Shown here: positions 36,835 through 50,855 of the stretch, in pieces
Layout: every line of letters starts with the position of its first letter
How positions within the stretch are numbered: position 1 is the stretch's first letter
Assembly: GCA_035084275.1 (NCBI GenBank)
Contig: CM068756.1
Coordinates: 2,418,001-2,482,000, forward strand
Reading direction: 5' to 3'
Length of the DNA: 64,000 nucleotides
Source: Hydrolagus colliei
Taxonomy: Eukaryota
Translations under genes and position numbers: made by a program
The notes under the pieces: generated by a model
What the model saw: only the letters and a program-made list of their open reading frames with translations
Database searches by the model: none
What the model was told of the DNA's origin: nothing

Positions 36835-37122
36835 CGTTCGCCTTACAAGCGAGAGATCTCGGTTCAATTCTAGGCAGGGCGAAACCTTGGGCAAGTTTCC
36901 TTACTCCACACGCCTGATAATAATCCCTGCAAAAAAACGAAAATTGGTCATTTCAATCCATGACTGTTTGTGGGACACTGCTGTGTGCAATTGGCTGCTG
37001 CATTTTGCCCACAAATATACTTTCAATTCACTTTACAGTATATTCTATGAAGTGCTTTGAGATGCCTAGAAGACGTGAAAAGCCATATATCAAATACAGT
37101 ACAAGGATTATTATTATTATTC
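36835..37122 (+). mobile_element. tRNA-derived SINE, slightly 5'-truncated
   Basis: tcgccttacaagcgagagatctcggttcaattct...aaggattattattatt. Confidence 0.9.
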
Positions 37123-38748
37123 TATTTTTCCAAATATTGTATCTTGACCTGTAAGTAGATAGCGTTTTTTCCAGCACATGAGTTGTGTATAAGTGTAAAA
37201 GGTTTCTTTTACAAAGTACAATACTGTAATGTCATGTTGCAGGCGGGTGGGAAATTGATGGGTGTCAGCACTATGTTGCAGCAATAAATACTGTGCCAAG
37301 CATTGCTTTCCAGAGCTAGACTCTGAATCATTTCTCTACTTCTGCCCCACTCTTCATTCGCTTTGACTTTGTATTCCTATCAAGATCACGAGGATTTGTC
37401 AATATTGGACATAAAGTAGGTGGGAGAGAAAACCAGCCAGGCAAAGCCAAATGCAGCCATTGGACGGTCAACAAGGGCCCTTTTTGCTTCCAAGCTGGAC
37501 TTCAAGTTGTGTTAATTAACTCCTTCCAAAAAAAACTGCCAGAAAAGTATCTGTTTCAGAAGTGCATTGGAGATGATATAGGGATAGGTGGAGACCATGG
37601 AACAGTGACCTCTAGTGCTGCAGTGCTCAATGGTGAGCACAAAGATCTTCATATTTGTACCCAACCTTTCGCTTTTGTATGGAGTTTTCATCCAGGAAAT
37701 CATTGAGTGGGTGATGTCCATGATAAAGGTGGCCTTGGTAAGGACTGTGGAAGGAATGGGCGTTTGTTTCAGGCCAAATTACGTTTTCTTAACCTATGCC
37801 TTTTTTATGTTTCCTATGTACTGTATTCTGATCAAGTAAATCACAGAGGTAAGGGTGCATGACTGAATTTTATTGATCTTAATTGACAGGATTGCTTGGC
37901 TCACCATACAAATCTCCTTCCTAGATGAATTGAGCCAGTCTTACTGTTTGCACTTTGGGCCGTTTACATTTTGTGCACAAAATGAGTGCAGTACTTTTGT
38001 TGCAAAGATGATATCAAGTAATTTTTTTTGAGTTCAAAGCACTTTGATGCGCTTGAACAATTTGAAAATGTGCTATATCAAATGCCAGGAATATTATGAT
38101 TATGGTTTGAAGGAGAAGGTTACATATAACAATGATCTGTGGTGTTTTGTGTTGCTGTCCTGGAAGCTGTGTGTAGCCAAGGCCATGAATGGCCATCACT
38201 TAGCTTACTGGATTATGGAATTTTTCACCCGATTTCTTCCCAGAACAGACAAGGGATAGACTGAATTTGGAGATTGCACGAGCCCTCTGTCAGGGTGGCT
38301 GTTGCAGCAGGTTAGTAGCAGTCCTTATCTGCAAGCCAAACAGCATATTATTGTGGTTTTCGTAAAGCAGTTTCTCATTGACGGATTAATAGTTTGTCAA
38401 GATCGGTTTGGTCACTGATGCAATTAAACACCCTTTTGCTTTCATGCCGGCTACCGTTTATATTGCAAGATATTCCACCTGATCAACAACGCTTGCTCTC
38501 TCTCAAAGTGTTTGATTGCCATATCTATACTTGATTAATTTCAAACCCATCATTTCTGCAGCAGTACATCGTGTCTCCATAACAACAGGAGCTTTTTTAA
38601 AATTCCTTCTTGACACCCAGTTCAGCACCACTTTTCAGTTTGCACAATTGAGCGAATTAGTGTTTGTGGCACTATCAGAAATATCTGCTTTCATTTTCTA
38701 CCCTGTTTGCAGTTGGAAAAATACCCTCCCTCCTAACTTGTGAGAGAG

Positions 38749-38786
38749 AAATGCTGCGTGTTGCTTTGAAGCAACACGCAGCATTT
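38749..38786. repeat. Perfect 18-bp inverted repeat with 2-nt spacer
   Basis: AAATGCTGCGTGTTGCTT tg AAGCAACACGCAGCATTT. Confidence 0.95.
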
Positions 38787-39429
38787 AGGAGGACAGGCTT
38801 TCAGTCCTTTGCTGGTTAGATAAGAGATGAACAGAGATTCAGCCGTGCTTTCAGAGGACACCGTTGTGCAGCTACCATGATGGATACTCCTGGGAAATGG
38901 CCAAAAATCATGATGGATTTCTGTAGGTATTAAAGATGACAACTGCATCAAGTCATCATTGCAGAAGGATAGCATAATGGCATCAGTGATGGTTGGAAAC
39001 ACAGACAAGAAATTAATAGCTTATACTTAAGAGATGATGGTGTGGCAGAGGACGAAGGTTTCTAACCATTCTTGAAACAGACAGAACGGTACTTTTTTAA
39101 AAAATCATTAAAGTGTGCCCTTAAAGTGTCCTTAAAGTGAGACTTGGTAGAAACACTTTACAGACATGTTTTGAAAACATAATTTGGGTCAAAATTGATT
39201 CTATTAATATAGCATTTTAGAGCATACGGAATTCTTAAATATGGCCTTAATTTTGTAGCCAGTTTCTGATAAGTCTCTCTTCAGAATTACCAGAAACAGG
39301 CGTCAATGTTAAGATTTAATTCAACAATTTGCAAATCTTGGACATTCAATAATGTACCATAAAACAAAGGCCTTGAGGTAGGATGTAAACAGTATCATTT
39401 CATCTTGAAAGAGAAATAACAAAGCTAAG

Positions 39430-39502
39430 AATACTCTTTGCATTTGATATTGAGGTTTCCACATCATCTAGACATCTCAAAGCGCTTCACAGAATATATT
39501 GT
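39430..39502 (-). mobile_element. SINE tail fragment
   Basis: ttgcatttgatat..cacatcatctagacatctcaaagcgcttcacagaatata. Confidence 0.7.
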
Positions 39503-41169
39503 AGAAAATTGGGTGGGTGGCTGAATATTTGTGGTCCAAACAGAATTATTCATCACGCTGCCCTATGTGACCTTTTGAGCTCATTTACAGTGAAAAAGAG
39601 TGAGCTTCAGTTGCCATGAACAGTTTGGTTAAAATCTGTAGAAATATCAATTTTTTAAAAAAAGGAAGCTTCCCAGCTTGCGCAATGCGGAATGAAAAAT
39701 GCCATCTGAACTGCAATAAAATGTATGTGTAATTAATCTTCGATGAAACGTGTCTTTAAATAGTCATTATCTCCAATAAATAATTAAAATTTCATCAAGG
39801 TTTTTGAAAGCTTGTGAGATCCTGATACAGTAGTTGGGTTACTGCCCTAACTCTGGATGTTTGAGGCTTTGCCCCCGTGGGTTTTGACGCAAATTACTAA
39901 ATATACAGGGCTTAATTCTGCTCCTTTACTTTGTGTTAATGTACATAGGATGCATGGCACATGGATTTGCGTTGATTAATTTGCACTGTGATGCATTTAC
40001 ACTGTTCTGCGCTTCACAATCACTTCACTGTGAGCTTATTCTGCTCCGTTTGTTAAAAGCTGAAGAGGCAGTTGATGTAGAAATTCCCACTATTGGTGTC
40101 TAATTCAAAATTCACTGCACCCAGTGAGTGCAACAGAACATCCCCTTCTGCAGTTAAAAGTCTTTGCCCTCTCAGATCACATGCTAGACCATAACAGTGT
40201 ATAACATGAGGAGTGATCCAAAACGAGTGTGCTGAGACACAGTGCTGTATGATACAGTACTGACTGAATATGAGATTATCAGTGAGGGCTGAGTAAAAGT
40301 GCTCACATCACTGAGAGACTGAAGTGATCCTGATGGGCAGGATGTTACAGCAATGGATAAAGGACTCAGCTTAGATGTGTAGCTATCCCACGCATCATCA
40401 TGTCTTTGCCACACGGCAAAGAGCTTTGTTAATACTCTAGTCTACAGTGGCTCACTCAAGGGCTATCAGAATTTACAGCAATATCGCTCGTTCATCACAC
40501 TAAATTGCGATGTTGCTTAACGGGATTCATTGGTAAAGCACCCAGGTCATACAAACGGGGTCTTCTGTTAACCGTGCCATGAGTTTTGATGCCCTATGGA
40601 ATTCCAACTCCAGTACGATCGACTTACGGAGCAGCTTGCCTTGTCCTTGTTCAAGAATCCCGTTTAAGAAACCCTGCAAATTAGCCCCAGTGTGGCACAC
40701 GATCCACGACCCACATCATCCTTAGGAAAAAAACGACTGCAGATGAAGACGTCTCGAATGTCTTCAGCAGATGGATGATCCAGCTTTTGTGCCTCTTTAT
40801 TTTCACATTCTGGTTTCGAATTTATAGGGAGAGCTCGAATCCGACAGTTACGGCTCTGAAAGTTTTTCTGGAATGACGTCGGGAGATTTGGATAACACGC
40901 ATCGTGCCATCCAGATGTCAAAATCACTGAAGCCACTCATCACACAAGACTTGCTCACTGCGGTCGTTCAGAAGTGCAAGCCATCGAGAAAAATGAATTT
41001 TTTTAAAAAAAAATACGAGTGAAATAAAGTGGCGATTATATATTTATTACCGTCGGATAATTTACGGTTGACTAGCATGACAATGCGTGGGGTTACCAAC
41101 GGGGAGATGAAAAGAAACACTATGATTCGTGAGGAAAGTGAAGAATTCTGCACTTAATTCAAGCACTGA

Positions 41170-41425
41170 TTGTCACACAAAGTCTAGTGGAAATCTGGAA
41201 CACTTCCTCTCAAACCCCTCCCCCCCACCCCTTCAAAGGCTCTGGATCCAGCAACCATTAAAATTTTCAAGAGTGAGGTGGATAGAATTTTTGTGAGGTC
41301 AGGTTATCAAGGGAAATGGGGCAAAAGTGGGCATTTGGAGATCCAAGTACAGATCAGCCATGATCTAATAGAATGATGGAACAGGCTCGAGGGGCTCAAC
41401 AGCCACCTCCTGTTCCTATGTTTCT
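41170..41425 (+). mobile_element. CR1 LINE 3' end
   Basis: ..VEIWNT..FKSEVDR.. then agatcagccatgatctaatagaatg..caggctcgaggggc..ctcctgttcctatgtt. Confidence 0.8.
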
Positions 41426-42379
41426 TTAATTCAAACTCCAGATATGAGCGGCAACAAATAACTGGTGATTGATGCATACGAGTTTTGTGTTGGGTGTGTG
41501 TTCTGCCCTGCCCTGCCCTGCCCGCTATTGTTTTACAATATTGATTGCTGCCTCTTACCAGCCGCAAGGCAACAGCAGGGTAGATCAGAGGACGTAGATC
41601 AGTGGCCGAGACTTGCTACCACAACACAAAAACAAAGGCAATCCAGAACGTGAGAGAGGAAGAAGGAAAGTCTGGCCGAGAGAGGGAATAAACATCAAAG
41701 AATGAGTTGTACACAGAATTTTGTCTTGTGTGTTATTTCTTCACCGATTTTTATCTTATCTCCCAACACGCCCATGCCTCGAATAACAATCTTTTCAGTG
41801 ATGTTAACCCCTGGTCCACTTTCCCTGCCGAGCACCAGGGGAAACGCACAGGAGACTCGGTAAGGCATATAAAAAGCATCTCAGGAGCAATGCGTTGGTT
41901 ATCTCAGACACGTCTGATCTTCCACAACCAAAGTCAAACCAAAATGAACAGTCTGGAAAACCTCTGCCCGTTTTGCGGACTCCGTAACAAATATTTTATT
42001 CCGCGACTGACTGGTTGCAAAGCATGAAATCAATAGGAATAAAATTGGTGCTGTTATTGGTGGCTCCATGCTTGTTGCCTAAGGGATACAGCAATATTTT
42101 AGCAATGTATCACACTAGAGGTGTGGCACAGTAGATTGGGATACTGTGTTTGGAACTCTGGAAGTGTTGTTGGGATCAAGCCCTGATAAATGTTTTGAAA
42201 TTCCACTCCCGTCAATGGCTGTTGAAGCCTGGGAATGGAATAGAGTACAACAACTTGTATTTATATTGTGCCCTACAGGCTAAATAGGAAGAGGCAGCTT
42301 GGATAAGTTTTATGGTAGAAGATTCGTTTGACTTTAATTAGGGCTAATGTTACAGTGCGATAATGAATAATACTAAAGA

Positions 42380-42607
42380 TAACTTGCATTCGATATCACA
42401 TCAGGAGCAACTCCCTTCTCTTTACAAACAGCCGTGCGATCTTTAATGTCCCCCTGAACAGGTGGACAAGACTTCAGTTTAATGTGTCGTCTCCGATAAT
42501 GCAGCACTCAATTGGAGTTTTAGCCTGGACTAGGTGAGTTCAAGCTTGCGATGTAGGGCTTGAACCCAGAGCCTTTTGACTTGAGAGACCATAGTACTAG
42601 CAACTGG
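42380..42607 (-). mobile_element. Old Deu-domain SINE relic
   Basis: aactcccttctc..gatctttaatgtcc..gtttaatgtgtc..aatgcagcactc..cagagccttttgact; reverse of the SacSINE-like layout. Confidence 0.6.
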
Positions 42608-43714
42608 GGCAGGCTGATCCTCTATAGTAGAGAAAGGTAGAAACAATAAATAGTTTGGGAAATGGAAAGTAGACTGCTCCAATTGGAGGGAGACAACAAA
42701 TCTTAAGCAGCTGGAGAGAGGGGGTGGGGGCAGTGAAACGACCAGGAAAATATATGCCAACTGCATATCATATTTGACCCAGCTTGTACAAGAATTGGGG
42801 CAGGCTAATAGAATAATAATGATTATGATAATCCTTGAATTTGATATTCTAAACGTTCACACACACACAAAAAAAAATGTTCTCTTCTTGGCACAGTTAT
42901 CCCTCACTTTAATCAGAGGTATTACACACACGCGTAAAGAATATAAACAATAACAGAAAGGAATGTATTGTACTGTCACACACTCTGAACACTCGGGGAA
43001 TGGAGGCAAATGCAATTAATCAAAGATCTACTCCAGCCCGGTTTCAAACTATAAATACAAGTGGAGTCAGTGGGCATCAATCACTTTAGCAAAGTGGGCA
43101 ATGTTGCAAAATCATTGCAACAGTGCCAACCCCTTTAACAGGCTCAAAAGTATCCTATGAGACGTACAATAATGAACAATTTTTTTTGCCTCCAAAGGGA
43201 ACTGTCACACTGAGCAGTGCACACTGCAGCTAATGATAATCATGTGCACTGGAGCTTGAAGTTGAATAATTTGTTTAATTTAGAGTACAAGATAACTTGC
43301 AGCAGTCACATCAAACAATCTGCGTTAACCTTTTGAACTCCTTAATTCCTTTTTTATTGTGATCTTCTGTATCGTTTGTGCATAGAGCATTGTGTAAGTT
43401 ATACATCTGAAGCAATCTGCCGAAAGGAAAATATAGGCGTAAGATATTATTTTAGAAAGCCACAATTGTTTTCTCCCTGTGAATAACTGCAAGATATTTC
43501 ATTCTTAACTTGTTTCTGTGGTTGTGAAAGCTTTACTCCGCGTCCAGCCATGTTGCTTGAAGAGCGGAGCCTGGGTTTAGAGGTGAAAATCTTTCACGGG
43601 CGGATAATATCATCGTGGGAAACAAAGAAAATGCTTTTCGCCCACAAAATACACAGTCAATCCACTTCACAATATATTCTGTGGAGAATTATTATCATTA
43701 TTGTGAACCTCTCA

Positions 43715-43990
43715 TGTCGAGAGGATGTCTTGAAGCTCTTCACAAGATGTACTATACTTTGTAGTGAATACATTTGAAGGTAAACGTGGCAGCCAATTTG
43801 AACAGAGCAACACTAAACAGCAAGGAAAGGGAATGATGACCAGTGGTATATGGAGGAATTGTGGGCCAGGACATCAGGAGAAACTCTCTTTTCGACGAGT
43901 CCTCGGTTTAACGTTTCATCTGAAAGACTGCGCTTCCAACCATGCATCGCTTCCCCCAGCAATTGCTATGGAATGTCAGCCAAGATTACG
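43715..43990 (-). mobile_element. Old Deu-domain SINE relic
   Basis: ggcagccaatttg..atgaccag..ggccaggacatcaggagaaactc..cctcggtttaacgtttcatctgaaagac..ggaatgtcagcc. Confidence 0.65.
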
Positions 43991-45811
43991 AACAGTTTAA
44001 TGCGAACAAGTCACTGCACCCATTGAAGCATCATGTATCTTTTTCTTCATTCGACTGTTCAAATTAAACAAGTGCTTTAAAGCTTTCATCATCTGTCTTC
44101 AACGGGAAAAAACAATACAGCAGTCACTTATTAATGTAATGCAATCATTTAACAAAATGAGTGATTGTTCAGGTGTATAGTGCTTCATTCATTCATAAAA
44201 TTGGATGTTTGAAGAATGACTCTAACCTCCACTTAAGGTTAGAGCCGTTAGGAAATATGCGAAGACTATACAAGGTTATGTGCTTAACAGAAATTGTATC
44301 CTATCCCTCTGAATGATTCTTGAGCGTGTGTATAGATTAAAGGTTGCACTGAATATAAATGTACCTGGCAAAGATGAGCAGCAAAACATGTAACTATTTC
44401 AACCATTGGATTTCACGAACAGCCCAAAGTTTAGCTTGTAGACATAAAGGGAATTTACAGGCAGCTTGCTAATCTCTCTTGTGATTCCTTCAGTCAAATA
44501 ACATGCGACAGAGAAGCAGACCTCCTCGTCCTTAATCCACCTCTTCAGAAATGGCAGCTCAGATTTTTGCTTAGATTACCCCACTCTTGTGTAAATGCCG
44601 ATTTAATGCGTTTCCATACAACCTTACACACAGTCAATTTCTAATCTATATATATTCTTCCAGGAAGCTCACAAATAATTTACGTGGTACTGACAACCAC
44701 TTAACCACACCGAGCTTTGGCTCTTGTCTCGACAGACTAATAATCTCCGGAATTAGAGAAAGCAGTGGTATATCACTCCTGGGACAAGGTGCGTATTTGT
44801 CTCCAGCATCTCCTACAGATCGGTTTTGAAACATTTTCCCATTGTGAAAGGAGCAATATCAAATACTGCACAAGGATTATTACAAATGCATTGTGGCCTC
44901 TCTATTATCTGTTGCGCTTTCATTCCAATAGAAAAACACACACATTGACCTACGGCCTAGGACAAAGCAATTGTCAATGGACTCACAATTAATAACGGCA
45001 GACTCCAAAGTCATCTTCGGGGGCCAAAAGAAGGCTGATGGCGTAGAAGGTACAGAAGGTGAGACTAGTTGTCACCATCACTGCTTCTGTGGAACATTGT
45101 GTAAGTAGACAAAGAGAACACTTTGTCGTTTCCTATCTTGTGAAGATCTGCAGTAAGTCTATTTAAGCGTTGCCCACACCCGGTCTTATTGGCAACTCGG
45201 AATTCACACACGAAATGAGAAGGAAAATTCACATTCCGCACACAAAGCCGCTGGATCAATCCTCAGAGGTTCATTACGTGCTGGAATTATTTTTCTTGTC
45301 CAAGTGTGTGCGAGTGAAGCTTGGGCAAGATGCAAGCGCTTGTAAAAACAACAGCTTTAATGATTAATGATACAGTGTAAAGCAGTGAATTTTCAGAATG
45401 TTTCTTAATGAGGTTTCTTCAGTAAGGAATCCTTAAGTCCGCGAGGCATGGAACACTGCACTTGTGAAATTATTCATTTACTTTCTCACCTTCTAGTTTG
45501 CAGTGGTATGCCTTCAATTGACAAACGTTCAATTTCGGAGTTCTTACTTAAGAGATACTGCAAAATTCATCCAAAAGTTGTGTTTACATATGCAAAGACA
45601 ACTGGACAGTTTTACTACTCTACCTTGTGTAACACATTCCATTACTATATCTGCAACCTTGGTTTTCTCAGGTAAAATAATGGTTAATATAATTTTGTTG
45701 TTCTTGTTAATAGCAACAGGCTGGGACAATGCTAAACCTCCTTGTTTTAGCGTCCATGTTGAAGACATGTCCACACCCCCAAATCTTATTGATTAGACAA
45801 CCATCATCATG

Positions 45812-45876
45812 GGAACATAGGAATAGGAGTGGGACATTCGAGCCCCTTGAATCTGTTCCGCCATTCTATCGGATCG
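45812..45876 (-). mobile_element. CR1 3'UTR tip
   Basis: gaacataggaataggagtgggacattcgagccccttga..ccgccattc is the reverse of the 41340-41425 and 51438-51500 motif. Confidence 0.7.
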
Positions 45877-47487
45877 TTTCCCCCCCGCAATTTCAACAGT
45901 CATTTAACTTTAGAGTATATTGTGAAGAGCTTTGAGACATCTCGAAGATATGATGAAGTGCTACATCAAAATGCAAGCGTGATTATTATTATCTTCATGG
46001 CTGATCTGTACCTCGACTCCAATTACCCGTAAATAATTATCCAATTATCAATGTCTTGCTTTACTGGGTACTTGTTTGGGTTTGATGAAAGTGCTTCCTT
46101 GGAACTGAATCAATGCAAAAACAAAACAAAATAAGTTACGTTACAGTTATGTTCAGTTTTAAGTAGGTCTTTTTCAGTGGCTGATTTGGCCGTGAGATTT
46201 GCCATGGAAATCTTGATGCCTTTGCCAAAAGCAGGCATTCCTTTCAGTTCTTCCTTTATAACAAAGTATTATTATTAGCAACAGCAAATTAAATGCAAAT
46301 TAATTTCATTATTCAAAACATTCTTTAACGTTGCACACTTTTTAATTTAGCTTTTGTTTGGAACTTGAGTGTTAATTATCTATCAAGTTCAGATGGAAAT
46401 GTGCTAATTTGTTCTCAGTCTTTGTCACTTTCCTTCAGTACTCCTTTACTTGAAAACAAATCATGGAGGTGCTTGCATCTCCAATTTCACCGTTAGCATT
46501 ATTTTTATATCGGCCAAACAAATCAATCTGCACCAATTGAATCAGATTTTTTTTACAGAGACATACAGACACCGATCATTAACCATTTATTCCTTTGCTC
46601 ACTCTTTTGCTACCCTCTGCTTCAGCTTTCAATTCAGGATCTACAAAGAGTTATTCTGGCAATCAAAGTTATTCATTTTAGCCCCATTTCCATTCTCCCT
46701 ACCCTCCTATGTTGGATCATGAAAAGATACTCCTGGTTCTAATTTACAGGTTGACCTGTGATAATCTGGAATGAGTAAACAGGGTCACTGAGAATGTTAG
46801 TAACGCTGTTTTAAGAAGCTGGACTCATTTGAAGAAGCAACTTGATGCATTAGTGGGAAGTAAGTAAGATATTTATTTCTGTTAGTATGAACTGTAATAA
46901 GCCAAAGGAACTTCCTTATTCATCCCAAACCTCTTGGGATATCCTGAAGTGCATTGTCTTTCCACTCAAGTACTTTCTAATATTGCCAGTTTGTTGTTGA
47001 AGACAATCCTATCCATTGAATTCAGCTGCTGTGATATCTCCCTTCTGTATTACGCAGAGTATCTGAGATAGACCTTTCGTGCAGCTGGATCTCTTCCCCC
47101 CCGCCCCTGCCACCCTGTCCCCACCACCACCACATCTAGTTATCTAAGGCTAACTGATTTCAGCAACATTAAGTACCTTCTTCTGTCTGGTTCAGCTCTT
47201 CACAGGCACATTTAAATCAAAATCACCAAGGATACAAGGCAATTCAGATAAGCACGATGTTCCGACCCAGTTAGATTACTACTTTGCCACTGATGAAAAG
47301 GCTGCATATAGTGATAAACTGGCAATATGGAAATGTTAATTCAGGATCACATTTCTTATGTCTTGAACTTTTCTGAATGAGTTGCTCCATTACAACACTC
47401 CACAACACACTTATAAGGGTTTGGCTCTCACAAAGATGTTGCTTTTTAGTCTCTTAAGTGTCACCCAAATCCTGTTTCCCAAACCCG

Positions 47488-48125
47488 GCTGATGACACTC
47501 AACTCTATTTCTCCTTCTCCAGCTGTGACCCCCCCACAATCCTCTGATGATCTCTCAGCTTGTCAGGGCCTGGATGAGCGCAAACGTCTTGCAGATAAAC
47601 GTCAACACGACGGAAGCCATACTTCTTGACACCAGTTGATGTCTCTTGTCCTGCGGTTCCGATCTCCTCAACCTACCTATCTGTCTTTAAAACTCTCTGA
47701 ATATGCGGGCAACTTAGGGGTCAGGTTTGATCCCCCAGTTTTCCTTCTGTCCCCCGACTCTCCCCCACCCCCCCTGGCCAGGACCACATTCCTCCATCTC
47801 CACCACATTGCTTGTCTCCAACAATATCTCACTCCATAAGCTGTCAAATCTCTTGTCCACGCCTTCGTCACCTTTCAGCTGAACCACTCAAACACCCTCC
47901 TCATTGGTCTCCCCCTCCACCACTATTAATAAAATTCAACTCATCTAAAATACCACTAGCCGCATTCTCACCCACACTAAACTCCGCATCCCGATTACCC
48001 CAGTCCTTGCCAAACTCCATTGGTTCCCAGTCGCAGAGCAGATCGATTTCAAAATCCTCACTCTAGTGTTTAAATTCCTCCAAGCCTTGCCACCACCCCC
48101 ATCTCTCCAGCCTCCCTTCTCCACA
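47488..48125 (+). mobile_element. L2 ORF2 (RT C-terminal) relic
   Basis: ADDTQLYFS (RT YADD-like), WMSAN.LQIN..TEAILL, NLGVRFDP, LHWFPVAEQIDFKILTLVFK, with frameshifts. Confidence 0.88.
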
Positions 48126-49583
48126 CAGCGGTACCAGCTTGCCATGTTATACGAACCTAGGACTGAGTGGATATACATTGTTGGGTACCCTATGGCTTGG
48201 GGCAGAACCTGGACATGCATCCCAGTGTTTTGCTAAAATCTGTGTAAATAATCTGCCAATACAATTTTAATCTATGATGATAAACATTTAGCAATAGAGG
48301 ATACTGGTGAGATACTACCGCCATCCTAGCCAACAGTCTCCCACACAAAAAATTGGCCATTGACTTCAACCACAACTTGCATTTATAAAACACTTCATGG
48401 CTGCTTGACGGACACCAATGTGTGCAAATTGGATTCACCCACACACAGTCACCACACTTTGTGAGGTACATCCTGTGAATTGCTTTGAGATCTCAATGAT
48501 TTGATAAAGCACTTTATCAATGGTGAGCTTCACAATTTATTGCAGCTTCAACCCACTTGAAGATGAATTTGATTTGCATGTGAATTAGTGAGATTTCATG
48601 CCGATGGAAGTGAAAACAACAGAGAAGTAAATTTGAATGCGCTTTGGTCCGATACTAGATTCATATATTTTTATTGTCAGTTCTGAGATCTTTCTTACCT
48701 GTCGCTCTCGGCTTCATCTCATACTTGGAGACTATTCCCTGCTGTGTCCGCTGAGATCAAACAAGCCTGCAGAGGTATCTCCCTTGGTTCTCCAACCTCA
48801 CAAGCCCCTGAAATGTCGGGGAAATTCTATTTAAAGTTAAAATTGCAGGATTAGAAGAACAAAACCCTGACAGATGATTGTACTAGAGCCCCGAAGATAC
48901 TGTACATCATGAAAACAAACAGTATTTTTGCGTGTCTTTATTGAGAATGTGGCCGTTTGTGAGACATTACTGTCCGCGCTCGCCTATAAATACACTAAAT
49001 CTATTCTTCTAATGTGATACAGCACTACAACAACAACAAAATGTCATTTGTATAGCGGCTGTGTAATATGTCAGTACATAAATTGTCCCTTAAAATGATA
49101 TATCCCTTCCATCAAGATTCCATGTCACTTTCACACGCCAAGCTCTCACCAGTTGAAAGTGACACAGATTGCGCTCACCCAGAAGTGGAATCGCGTGTAT
49201 CGTGACAAGACAACACGTTGCTGTGAGAACCTTTTTTTAAAAATAATAACTGCAGGGAAATCTATTTATTCTTCAAGTCAGTGCACTAATTCAGAAATCG
49301 CAACGTTTGGAAAATGGAACTGTCATCTGTGGCAGAGAATGCTATTAGATTCTCGCGATGGATTTGAGATGTTGAATTTCCAATGGCAAGAGTGTAATCC
49401 ATTGCTGTTGACTTCTACCCTAGGCTTTGGTGAACATTGCTATCGTGACTCGTATGATATTTAAACTGAGGTCTTACAAAGCTGCTGGCAAAGTGTACTG
49501 AGGGCTTGCGTTCTGACAAAGTTCGCATTTTGGCATTAACAAGGGGAGTGATTTACAGCAGCCATTACTCGGGTCGCAGTGAA

Positions 49584-50855
49584 CTTTAACCAAATAATGT
49601 CAAACTACATTTGCAGAAGCAAACCATAAAGCTTTTGACTTCTCCATTGAAGACGGACACAACCTCTCGCGTCAGCCTGTGGTTTGCAGGCACATCATTT
49701 CTAACATAGATGATGGATGTCAGTCAGGGAGGACAGAACATGATTGGGGGCCTAACATTGTCTGTCATTCCCTGTTGCTAGGTCACAAGTACCGGTGGGA
49801 AATGCAGAGCAAAGGAAATTACATTTCTTAGAATTTAACTTTCTCTATCGGTCATATCCAATATTATTCCTGAACACCTAGTTGGGCAAGGTGTATTTGC
49901 ATCCCCCAAATTTGTGGAGCTCCTGTAGCTCAGTGGTTAGAGCACTCGCCTTACAAGCGTGAGACCTGTGTTTGAATCCAGGCAGATCAGGGCAAAACTC
50001 TGGGCAAGTTTCCTTACTCCACACGCCTAATAATAATCTGTCAAAAAACCACAATAATAAAAATTGGTCATTTCAATCCACGACTGTTTGTGGGACACGG
50101 CTGTCGTAATTAGCTGCCACATTTCGCCCACAAATATACGGTCAATTCACTTTACAGTGTATTCTGTGAAGCGCTTTGAGACATCAATAAAATGTGAAAA
50201 GCGCTATATCAAATGCAAGGATTATTATTATCTGCAAACGAAAATAAAGCAAAGAAATATTAGTGCTGTATATATATAGCACACAGCACCTCATCTCAGT
50301 GGCCTGAAATTACACCTAGTCTTGGACTGTGAGATTAAATTGATTTGAAACTTAAGATACAGGTTGTGATTAATTTTAACTGAAGGTTAAAAAAAATCCA
50401 GATCCTTATTAATCTGTCATAAATGACGGGTATTTGGTTTGGCTGGGAAAGGATGAGAAGTTTGAACTGGGTCCAGATTTAATCCTAATTTCTTTGCATT
50501 TCAAAATGTATCAGCATAAATGATACAAGACAGGCTTCAAAATTAAGACTGGATCGAGGAATTACTCCAAGATGCTCAGAGAATCGAAATCCACATGGAA
50601 CATTCAAAAAGATCAACACAGAAAGTGATCTGCAGCCGTTACGTAGGGAATATTTCTGTCTCTGAGTCGGACAGACATAAACAACAAGATTAAATGTCTT
50701 ATGCTCCTAAAGCTATGACCTTCAAAATGAAATAAATAGACCATCTGTAGCGTTTCTTGTGTGGCCCTTTGGTTGAATCATGTGTGCCACACTGTGGAAT
50801 ATTCACAAAGTGTGTCACTGTGAGACAAATGTAGTTTGACATCATTTGGTTAAAG
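49584..50855. repeat. 30-bp inverted repeat pair bracketing about 1.2 kb
   Basis: 49584-49613 ctttaaccaaataatgtcaaactacatttg vs 50826-50855 caaatgtagtttgacatcatttggttaaag (29/30). Confidence 0.9.
49914..50231 (+). mobile_element. Full-length tRNA-derived SINE
   Basis: A box TAGCTCAGTGG, anticodon-like arm ctcgc-cttacaa-gcgtg, B box GTTTGAATCC, core, tail. Confidence 0.93.

Noticed and set aside
44986-45078. Signal-peptide exon spliced to 44812 creating an in-frame TGA (selenocysteine idea)
   Set aside because: As given, the frame stops at TAA before the donor. The idea needs an assumed sequencing indel and no SECIS was seen.
49914-49985. tRNA-Val-like gene (also heads at 5895, 36287, 57370, 58050)
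   Set aside because: Each continues directly into the SINE body and lacks a proper acceptor stem; these are SINE heads.
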